Shown: one piece after another, positions 56,816 through 64,000 of the stretch | Layout of the letters: the number at the start of each line of letters is the position of its first letter | How positions within the stretch are numbered: the stretch's first letter is position 1 | The notes under the pieces: model-generated | What the model saw: only the letters and a program-made list of their open reading frames with translations | Databases searched by the model: none | Told to the model about the DNA's origin: nothing | NCBI GenBank assembly: GCA_041485465.1 | Contig: JBGPJO010000003.1 | Span: forward strand, 3,705 to 67,704 | Length of the DNA stretch: 64,000 nt | Direction of reading: 5' to 3' | DNA from: Minisyncoccia bacterium | GTDB taxonomy: Bacteria; Patescibacteriota; Minisyncoccia; Phycocordibacterales; JAKFXT01 | Translations under genes and position numbers: made by a program

Positions 56816-56858
56816 CAAAAAAGAAGCGTCTAAGGGCTCAATATGCTAGTATGTCCCA

Positions 56859-59357
56859 GTGTTTACGTGGCTTAAATCAATAGGAAATACCGGAAAAACC
56901 GCAGTTGCGAACTTACGGCCGAGGGTAGATGAAATCAACGCGCTTGAAAAAGAAATAAGCGCTCTATCTGATGATGATCTCAAAGGGAAAACTCTTAAAT
57001 TTAAAGAGAGGCTCAAGGGGGGAGCAGTACTCGATGATTTGCTTACGGAAGCCTTTGCTGTTGTGCGGGAGGCAGCGAAGAGAAATTTAGGGCAACGCCA
57101 TTTCGACGTCCAACTTATGGGCGGCATGGTGCTTCATGGCACGGGTATCGCCGAGATGAAAACCGGTGAAGGCAAAACCCTGGTTGCAACCCTTCCGACC
57201 TATTTAAACGCTCTTCCAGGCACCGGTGTTCACGTCGTCACCGTAAATGATTATCTTGCCCTGCGCGACGCCGTTTGGATGGGGCAGATCTATTCTGCGC
57301 TCGGGCTTTCCCTTGGCGTGATCACTCACGACGAATCATACCTCTATGATCCGAACCATCGCGATCTTGATAAGACTCGCGATATGGTCGGTGCTTTTAA
57401 GGTTGTCCATGAATTTTTGCGGCCCTGTTCTCGGCGAGATGCCTATCGGGCGGATATTACCTACGGCACTAATAGCGAATTTGGTTTTGATTATCTCCGC
57501 GACAACCTCGAATATGAACAAGAAAGGCTACGTCAGCGCGGGCATGCCTACACGATTATCGACGAGGTCGATTCCATCCTTATAGATGAAGCTCGTACAC
57601 CGCTTATCATTTCCGCCCCCTCTGCCGATTCGGGGGAGCTCTATCATACTTTTGCAAAAATCGCTCGGCAGCTCAAAAAGGAGACTGATTTCACGGTTGA
57701 TGAAAAATTCCGTTCAATCCAAATGACCGATCAAGGCATTACCAGGGCCGAAAAACTTCTTGGTATTGCTGACATCTATACTGAAGGGGGCGTAAAATTC
57801 GTTCATCACTTGGAAACCGCGGTTCGGGCGGAAGCACTTTTTACTAACGATAAGGAGTATGTCGTTAAAGAAGGTGAAGTCGTTATTGTTGATGAGTTTA
57901 CGGGACGGCTTCAGCCGGGGAGGCGCTGGTCCGAGGGACTTCACCAGGCGATTGAGGCAAAAGAAGGAGTTGAAGTTAAAAAAGAATCTCGAACCTACGC
58001 TTCAATTACCTATCAAAACTATTTCAGACTGTATGGAAAACTTGCCGGTATGACCGGCACCGCCCTAACCTCTTCCGAGGAATTTTACAAAGTGTATGGT
58101 CTTGAGGTTGTCGAGATACCGACCAATAAACCAATGATTCGGAAAGACGACAATGATCTTATCTTTCAAACGGAAGTCGGAAAGTTCAAAGCACTCGCTC
58201 GCAAGGTCAAAGAGCTTCATGTCAAAGGGCAGCCGGTTCTTCTCGGCACCGCTTCAATCGAGAAAAACGAGCTTCTCTCAGCATTTTTACGTCAGGAAGG
58301 CATTCCCCACGAGATGTTGAATGCCAAGAATCACGAACGCGAGGGTGAAATCATCGCGGAGGCCGGCAAGCGCGGCAAAGTAACGGTTGCAACCAACATG
58401 GCGGGACGCGGTGTTGATATCAAACTGGGGGGAGCGCTTGCCGCTTTAAACCCCTATGAAGAAATTAAAAGTTTAGGAGGTTTATATGTCGTTGGCACCG
58501 AGCGTCATGAGGCGCGCCGTATCGACAACCAGCTTCGCGGGCGCTCGGGACGTCAGGGAGACCCGGGCGAAACCCAATTTTATGTCTCACTTGAGGATAC
58601 ATTAATGCGGGTTTTTGCCTCTGACACGATAAAGAAAATGATGGGGCGCTTTGGTATTCCGGAGGACGAGCCGATTGAAAATTCGCTTATCACGAGATCA
58701 CTCGAATCGGCGCAGACAAAGATCGAGGGCTTTCATTTTGACGCCAGGAAACATGTTCTTGAGTATGACGACGTAATGAATCATCAGCGAAAAATCATTT
58801 ACGAGCGTCGCCTTAAAATCTTGCTTGGCACTGAAGAAGACATTCAAAATGAAATCGGGCAGATTGCCGCGGGAGATGAAGAGCTTTTAAAACAGCTTGA
58901 AGAGACAAAAAAGCAGATCGGCAGTGAAAAAGAATTTTATGTAGCGGTCAGGCGCCTGCTTCTCCAGACAATAGATATGTTCTGGGTCGACCATCTTGAA
59001 GCGATGGATTACCTAAGGAGTTCGGTCAATTTACGGGCCTATGGTCAGCGAGACCCGCTTGTTGAGTACAAGAAAGACGGCTTGGCACTTTTCAAGCGGA
59101 TGGAAGCTTCAATTGATGATGAGGTTGCAAAACTTCTGCCCCATATAGGTGCGGGGGCGTTTGTCGCTGAAGAGAAGAAACTTAAAGAAGTCCACGAAAA
59201 TGCGACTTTAATTGGTGCTGGTAGCGATTCAAGAACTGTTTTAAATGACGCGAAAATCGGTCGCAATGAATTATGCCCATGCGGAAGCGGTAAGAAATAT
59301 AAAAATTGCGGCCTTAAGAATACGGAAGAGCATAAGCGCTTGATAAATAAAAAATAA
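56859..59357 (+). CDS. secA: preprotein translocase ATPase SecA (GTG start), with C-terminal zinc-binding motif
   Basis: Collinear with E. coli SecA ('RHFDVQLMGGMVLH', 'GEGKTLVATLP', 'DEVDSILIDEARTPLIIS'). C-terminal 'CPCGSGKKYKNCG'. Confidence 0.9.
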   Translation: MFTWLKSIGNTGKTAVANLRPRVDEINALEKEISALSDDDLKGKTLKFKERLKGGAVLDDLLTEAFAVVREAAKRNLGQRHFDVQLMGGMVLHGTGIAEMKTGEGKTLVATLPTYLNALPGTGVHVVTVNDYLALRDAVWMGQIYSALGLSLGVITHDESYLYDPNHRDLDKTRDMVGAFKVVHEFLRPCSRRDAYRADITYGTNSEFGFDYLRDNLEYEQERLRQRGHAYTIIDEVDSILIDEARTPLIISAPSADSGELYHTFAKIARQLKKETDFTVDEKFRSIQMTDQGITRAEKLLGIADIYTEGGVKFVHHLETAVRAEALFTNDKEYVVKEGEVVIVDEFTGRLQPGRRWSEGLHQAIEAKEGVEVKKESRTYASITYQNYFRLYGKLAGMTGTALTSSEEFYKVYGLEVVEIPTNKPMIRKDDNDLIFQTEVGKFKALARKVKELHVKGQPVLLGTASIEKNELLSAFLRQEGIPHEMLNAKNHEREGEIIAEAGKRGKVTVATNMAGRGVDIKLGGALAALNPYEEIKSLGGLYVVGTERHEARRIDNQLRGRSGRQGDPGETQFYVSLEDTLMRVFASDTIKKMMGRFGIPEDEPIENSLITRSLESAQTKIEGFHFDARKHVLEYDDVMNHQRKIIYERRLKILLGTEEDIQNEIGQIAAGDEELLKQLEETKKQIGSEKEFYVAVRRLLLQTIDMFWVDHLEAMDYLRSSVNLRAYGQRDPLVEYKKDGLALFKRMEASIDDEVAKLLPHIGAGAFVAEEKKLKEVHENATLIGAGSDSRTVLNDAKIGRNELCPCGSGKKYKNCGLKNTEEHKRLINKK

Positions 59358-59393
59358 AATTCCTTCGACTGAAGTAAATGATACAATTGAAAT

Positions 59394-59813
59394 ATGAGAA
59401 AAACTCTTAAATTTTTTGACAAGCTGGAAGACTCAATACGCGGCGCTCTTTCGAAATATCCGCTCCTTTATGCTTTTATCGGTGGCGTTGGCATTGTTCT
59501 TTTTTGGCGATCGGTATGGCTTATTGCCGATAGTATTTCTTTTTTCTCTGATCCATATTTTTCTCTTATCGTGAGCGTCCTTATCCTTCTTTCGACGGGA
59601 CTTTTTGTTTCCTTTTTCATCGGTGACTCAATCCTCCTCTCTGGTATAAAAGGCGAAAAGAAGATGATCGAGAAGACGGAAGTAGAGATAAAAAAAGAAG
59701 GATCCGTTTTGAGCGATCTTCAAACAGGGGCAACCAAAGAAGAAGCAGTTCTCTTTGATATTCAAAAAGAACTCAAAGGCATTCGCTCGTTACTTGAAAA
59801 GTTAAACCGCTAA
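59394..59813 (+). CDS. hypothetical 2-TM membrane protein with charged/coiled C-terminal region
   Basis: 139 aa. TM helices 'LLYAFIGGVGIVLFW' and 'LIVSVLILLSTGLFVSFFIG'. Confidence 0.4.
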   Translation: MRKTLKFFDKLEDSIRGALSKYPLLYAFIGGVGIVLFWRSVWLIADSISFFSDPYFSLIVSVLILLSTGLFVSFFIGDSILLSGIKGEKKMIEKTEVEIKKEGSVLSDLQTGATKEEAVLFDIQKELKGIRSLLEKLNR

Positions 59814-59818
59814 GCAAT

Positions 59819-60316
59819 ATGGCACAAGAAAATCAATTTCTTCACGAGGTGGCGATTACGGCGATCATTAGGCGTGACGGTAAATATTTGATTACTCGCC
59901 GTGCCCCCACGAAAAAAAGATGGCCGGGCAGGTGGACGGTCCCCGGGGGGAGGCTCGAACCCTCTGATTATACGGATCGCCCAAAAGACACTAAAGATTA
60001 TTGGTACAATGTGCTTGAAAAAACTCTTCGACGTGAAGTAAAAGAGGAAGTCGCCCTTGATATAAGCAATATAGAATATCTGACCTCTCTTGCCTCGATT
60101 CATACGGATGGTACTCCGTCTCTTGTCATCTCTTGCACGGCAGATTATGCGGGCGGTGATATCATTCTTCAGGAAGGAGAGACCGACCAATATGCCTGGG
60201 TGACGCTTCAGGAAGCGAAGAACTATGATTTAATAGACGGTATATACGATGAGCTTGCTATGGCAGAGGCACCAAAGGAAGGAACGAATGCCGAATGGCA
60301 GCGTTTAAACCAATAA
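59819..60316 (+). CDS. NUDIX hydrolase
   Basis: NUDIX box 'GGRLEPSD...TLRREVKEEVAL'. Confidence 0.65.
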   Translation: MAQENQFLHEVAITAIIRRDGKYLITRRAPTKKRWPGRWTVPGGRLEPSDYTDRPKDTKDYWYNVLEKTLRREVKEEVALDISNIEYLTSLASIHTDGTPSLVISCTADYAGGDIILQEGETDQYAWVTLQEAKNYDLIDGIYDELAMAEAPKEGTNAEWQRLNQ

Positions 60317-60317
60317 T

Positions 60318-60653
60318 ATGAAACTAATAGTAAAAGTTGTTGTGGTCGCGCTTGCGCTTCTTTTGGCGCAGCAAATCGTGCCTGGTATTTCTGTCTCTGG
60401 CTTTGGAATAGCCCTTATCGTCGCGCTCGTACTCGGACTGATTAATCTCATTATCCGTCCCATTCTTTTATTACTGACTCTTCCGATTACGATTATTACA
60501 TTCGGATTATTCGCGCTTATCTTGAATGCGCTTCTTTTCTGGACCACGTCGGCGCTCGTTCTGGGATTCACCGTCTCCGGATTTGTCCCGGCATTTCTCG
60601 GGTCGCTCATAGTGTCATCGGCGCATTTTATTGTCGATCGAATCCTTCCCTAG
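60318..60653 (+). CDS. DUF360/YvlD-like 4-TM membrane protein (phage-holin-4-like superfamily)
   Basis: 111 aa with four hydrophobic helices ('LLAQQIVPGISVSGFGIALIVALVLGLINLIIRPILLLLTLPITIIT'). Confidence 0.5.
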   Translation: MKLIVKVVVVALALLLAQQIVPGISVSGFGIALIVALVLGLINLIIRPILLLLTLPITIITFGLFALILNALLFWTTSALVLGFTVSGFVPAFLGSLIVSSAHFIVDRILP

Positions 60654-60681
60654 TGGAGCTTCACCTGATAAAGTAGCGGAC

Positions 60682-61563
60682 ATGTCGAAACCTCGCGTCA
60701 TAACCCACGGTGGTAATTTTCATGCCGACGATATTTTTGCTGTTGCTGCTCTTTCCCTCATGCTTGGAGACATAGAAATCGTGCGCACCCGCGACAGTAA
60801 GGTTATCGAAACAGGAGATTATGTTGTTGATGTCGGGGGCGAGTATAACCCAGAAAAAAACCGTTTTGACCACCATCAAGTGGGAGGGGCGGGGCTCAGA
60901 CCGGACGGAATCCCGTATTCTTCAATGGGACTTGTTTGGAAAAAGTATGGCGTAAAGATTTCAGGAGACAAAGAGGTGGCCGATCGGATCAATGAGGATA
61001 TCGTAAAAACGCTTGACGCACATGATAATGGAATTGATACATACCTGCCCCGCGAGGGGATCAAGCCATATCTGATTCAGGGCGCTCTATCAATGTTTCG
61101 GCCGACATGGAAAGAGGACCAGCATTCATATGATGATCGTTTTATGATTGTTTTTGAGATTGCGAAAAAAATTTTATCGCGCGAAATTGTTCACACGCGT
61201 GATGATCTTGAGACTGAAAGATCCGTCGAAATTGCATACCGTCAAGCATCTGATAAAAGAATCATCGATATCGATAAGCCGTATCCCGCGGAAAATTTCC
61301 TCTCACGCTATCCTGAGCCCCTCTATGTGGTCAGACCAAGCCCTGTCGATGGAACGTGGAAAGTAGAGGCGATCAGAGTCACCCCTCAAGGTTTTGCCAT
61401 TCGGAAACCATTCCCCTCGTCATGGGCGGGAAAAAGAGACGGGGAATTTGCCGAATTAACGGATGTCCCCGATGCTATTTTTTGTCATAACGGATTATGG
61501 ATGGCGCGGGCACAGTCTCATGAAGGGGCACTTAAACTTGCAAAACTGGCTCTTGAAGCATAA
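60682..61563 (+). CDS. MYG1/UPF0160-family metal-dependent hydrolase
   Basis: 'ITHGGNFHADDIFAVAAL' is the hallmark N-terminal motif. Confidence 0.65.
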   Translation: MSKPRVITHGGNFHADDIFAVAALSLMLGDIEIVRTRDSKVIETGDYVVDVGGEYNPEKNRFDHHQVGGAGLRPDGIPYSSMGLVWKKYGVKISGDKEVADRINEDIVKTLDAHDNGIDTYLPREGIKPYLIQGALSMFRPTWKEDQHSYDDRFMIVFEIAKKILSREIVHTRDDLETERSVEIAYRQASDKRIIDIDKPYPAENFLSRYPEPLYVVRPSPVDGTWKVEAIRVTPQGFAIRKPFPSSWAGKRDGEFAELTDVPDAIFCHNGLWMARAQSHEGALKLAKLALEA

Positions 61564-61565
61564 AC

Positions 61566-62540
61566 ATGGCTTTTATTGATGAACTGAAAGTGCATATGCG
61601 GGCGGGAAAAGGCGGCGACGGCGTCGTGCGCTGGCTCCATCAAAAGGGCAAGGAATTCGCGGGCCCTTCCGGCGGCAACGGCGGCAACGGCGGGGACATT
61701 TATGCTATTGGGTCTCGCGACCTCAATCTTCTTGCGCGCTACCGGAACACTAAAGAATTTATTTCAGAGAGCGGTGGGGACGGACAAAAGGATAGTATGT
61801 ATGGCAGAAACGGGGATGACCTTTTGATTGCACTTCCCGTTGGTTCCATTATTACTAATCTTGAGACTGGAAGGATGGTTGAACTTGAAAAAGAAAATCA
61901 AAAAACCCTTCTACTGAACGGCGGCCGCGGAGGTCTTGGCAACGAACATTTTAAGGGTTCTCGCAATATTTCTCCTAAGGAAAGCACCACGGGTCTTCTT
62001 GGCGAAGAAGCCGATTTTACGATTGAACTACGGCTTATCGCTGATTTTGGTTTAATAGGTTTTCCGAACGCCGGCAAAAGCTCTCTTTTGAATGCGCTGA
62101 CGAATGCTAAAGCAAAAATCGGCAGTTACGCTTTTACCACGCTCGAACCGAATCTTGGAGAATTTCATGGATATGTCATTGCCGATATTCCCGGGCTTAT
62201 CGAGGGGGCGTCCGAGGGCAAAGGGCTTGGACATAAATTCTTGCGTCATGTCGAAAGGACACGGCTCCTTCTTCATTGTATTTCTCTTGAAAATGAAGAT
62301 ATGGAGGCGGCATACAAGACAGTGCGGAGCGAGCTTCAAAAACATTCGCCTCAGTTGGTGCAAAAAAAAGAAATTATTATTCTCACGAAGGAGGATACCG
62401 TTCAAGGGAAGACGGCTGCAAACAGGCTAAAAGAGATCAAAAGCCTCACGGGAAAAGAGGTTCATACGGTTACTATACTTGATGACCAGTCGATCAAACA
62501 TCTTTCCGAGGTTCTTGTAAAAGAAGTAAGTTCTGTATAA
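61566..62540 (+). CDS. obg: GTPase Obg/CgtA
   Basis: 'FIDELKVHMRAGKGGDGVV' Obg fold with Gly-rich repeats. G1 'GFPNAGKSSLLNALT' and G3 'DIPGLIEGA'. Confidence 0.85.
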   Translation: MAFIDELKVHMRAGKGGDGVVRWLHQKGKEFAGPSGGNGGNGGDIYAIGSRDLNLLARYRNTKEFISESGGDGQKDSMYGRNGDDLLIALPVGSIITNLETGRMVELEKENQKTLLLNGGRGGLGNEHFKGSRNISPKESTTGLLGEEADFTIELRLIADFGLIGFPNAGKSSLLNALTNAKAKIGSYAFTTLEPNLGEFHGYVIADIPGLIEGASEGKGLGHKFLRHVERTRLLLHCISLENEDMEAAYKTVRSELQKHSPQLVQKKEIIILTKEDTVQGKTAANRLKEIKSLTGKEVHTVTILDDQSIKHLSEVLVKEVSSV

Positions 62541-62566
62541 TAGAGCGGACAGCAGATGCTTTTTGA

Positions 62567-63979
62567 ATGGTAAAAAACGACTACACGCCGACTATCGGCC
62601 TTGAAATACATGCAGAGTTGAAGACCAGAACAAAAATGTTCTGCAACTCGAAGAATGATCCGGACGAAAAGCGCCCGAATGTAAATATATGCCCGATTTG
62701 TATGGCGCATCCCGGGACCCTTCCGGTTATCAATAAAGAAGCAGTGAGGCAGGTTTTGAGGATCGGGGTGGCGGTCAACGGAGAGCTTGCTGACTACACT
62801 GAATTTGACCGCAAGAATTACTTTTATCCTGATATCCCAAAGGGCTATCAAATCAGCCAATACAAGTACCCGCTTGTCTTAGGGGGCTCTATTAATGGTG
62901 TTCAAATCACTCGGGTTCACCTCGAGGAAGATACCGCTCGATCAACCCATATGAGTGATCGGAGTCTGATCGATTTTAACCGAGCCGGGGTGCCTCTTAT
63001 GGAACTGGTGACGGAACCAGTTATTCATTCGGCAGAAGAAGCAGTTGCCTTCGCAAAAGAACTTCAGCTTCTTCTTCGAGCCCTTAGAGCAGGGGAGGCA
63101 AATATGGAAAAAGGGGAGATGCGTGTCGAGGCGAATATATCTGTTGGAAAGGGGAGTGTTCGCGGCACGAAAGTCGAAGTGAAAAATCTTAATTCTTTCC
63201 GCGCGGTAGAGAAAGCAATTCTGTATGAAATAAATCGGCAGATTGAAACTATAGAGAAAGGGGAGAAGGTGATTCAGGAAACTCGTGGATGGAATGAGAG
63301 CAAAGAGACAACATTCTCACAACGTCTCAAAGAAGATTCTCATGACTATCGCTATTTCCCTGATCCCGACCTCCCAAAGCTTGTGCTAAGTGAAATAGCG
63401 GAATTTCAAAAAGACGAACTTCTAAAAACTCTACCGGAGCTTCCTTCAGATAAGCGAGCGCGCTATCTTACCCTCGGTCTTAAAAAAGAAGACGCAGAGA
63501 CGCTTGCGCAGGATGCCGTACTTGCAGATTTTTTTGATGCCGTGATACGGGACAGAAAAAAAGAATTTATTCTTCGTTCGGCAAATTATATTACCTCAGA
63601 TATTATCGGACTCCGAATTGTAAAGAAGATCTCCGGAGTGGGGAATCTGACACCGGACTCGTTCCAAAACCTGATCGAAATGTCTTTTGAGGGAAGTCTT
63701 TCGTCTCGGGGAGTGAAGGACACTCTTGCCTATCTTTTTGAAAAAGGGGGCGATGCAACCCAGGTCGCTCAAGCAAAAGGCCTCATCCAAAAAAGCGATA
63801 AGGGAACTCTAGAGAAAATAGTTACAGAGGTTATTGAGAAAAATCCGAAGGTCTCGCTTGATTACAGGGCGGGGAAGATCTCCTCAATACAGTATCTTGT
63901 GGGGGAAGCAATGAAAGCTACAAAAGGGGCGGGTAACCCAGAGGTTATAAAGTCTCTTTTGGAGGAAAAATTGAAGTAA
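62567..63979 (+). CDS. gatB: aspartyl/glutamyl-tRNA(Asn/Gln) amidotransferase subunit B
   Basis: 'TIGLEIHAELKTRTKMFC' and 'RVEANISV', with a C-terminal GatB/YqeY domain. Confidence 0.85.
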   Translation: MVKNDYTPTIGLEIHAELKTRTKMFCNSKNDPDEKRPNVNICPICMAHPGTLPVINKEAVRQVLRIGVAVNGELADYTEFDRKNYFYPDIPKGYQISQYKYPLVLGGSINGVQITRVHLEEDTARSTHMSDRSLIDFNRAGVPLMELVTEPVIHSAEEAVAFAKELQLLLRALRAGEANMEKGEMRVEANISVGKGSVRGTKVEVKNLNSFRAVEKAILYEINRQIETIEKGEKVIQETRGWNESKETTFSQRLKEDSHDYRYFPDPDLPKLVLSEIAEFQKDELLKTLPELPSDKRARYLTLGLKKEDAETLAQDAVLADFFDAVIRDRKKEFILRSANYITSDIIGLRIVKKISGVGNLTPDSFQNLIEMSFEGSLSSRGVKDTLAYLFEKGGDATQVAQAKGLIQKSDKGTLEKIVTEVIEKNPKVSLDYRAGKISSIQYLVGEAMKATKGAGNPEVIKSLLEEKLK

Positions 63980-64000
63980 AAATTTTCGTACCGATTCGAT

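Noticed and set aside
56655-56849. 65-aa ORF after an AAGGAGAGG RBS in the murB-secA spacer
   Set aside because: The RBS is decent, but the ORF spans the 30-bp palindrome/terminator-like hairpin and has a low-complexity Lys/Glu-rich translation. This is insufficient to call a gene.
1-64000. CRISPR arrays, rRNA, tRNA, integrase/transposase or other mobile-element hallmarks
   Set aside because: No regularly spaced direct repeats, no rRNA-like conserved segments, and no obvious tRNA T-arm (GTTCGAATC-type) were spotted by eye. No ORF shows recombinase or transposase motifs. tRNAs cannot be rigorously excluded without tRNAscan.

Overview
The window is a 64-kb, gene-dense, mostly plus-strand segment with about 43% GC (judged by eye) and many 4-nt ATGA start/stop overlaps. 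The gene content suggests a small-genome bacterium, possibly a Patescibacteria/CPR-like lineage; this is inference only. The outer parts hold housekeeping genes: a partial rsmI at the 5' end, and murB, secA, obg and gatB at the 3' end. The central roughly 50 kb (about 4.5 to 55.3 kb) is one very large surface-glycan biosynthesis and export locus. It contains about 11 GT4/GT2 glycosyltransferases, 3 GT-C-type membrane proteins, 7 SAM-methyltransferases, a polysaccharide deacetylase and two NAD-epimerases. It also contains a pseudaminic-acid-type nonulosonic acid module (PseB, PseC, PseH, PseI and CMP-sugar cytidylyltransferase candidates, a PseA-like N-acetyl-sugar amidotransferase, an ATP-grasp enzyme and a C-methyltransferase-type enzyme). 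A GDP-D-glycero-alpha-D-manno-heptose module is present (HddA, GmhA and a fused HddC-GmhB). Export genes are an MsbA-like ABC exporter, GtrA and an O-antigen-ligase/TPR protein. Embedded in the Pse module is a GC-rich island of about 4.2 kb (30.1 to 34.4 kb). It carries two diverged paralogous 10-TM DMT/EamA-like membrane proteins, a GT-B-like 'RLHP'-motif protein and a GC-rich hypothetical, and has its own near-consensus promoter and terminators. Upstream of the glycan locus is a soluble VirD4/TraD-like coupling ATPase with a long low-complexity tail, next to a membrane-anchored DUF4015-like glycoside hydrolase. Several intergenic regions carry conspicuous signals: perfect palindromes, a terminator-like hairpin in the murB leader, and near-consensus and leaderless promoters. 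I found no CRISPR array, rRNA, convincing tRNA, integrase or transposase. All assignments rest on motif recognition in the supplied translations; no database search was possible.
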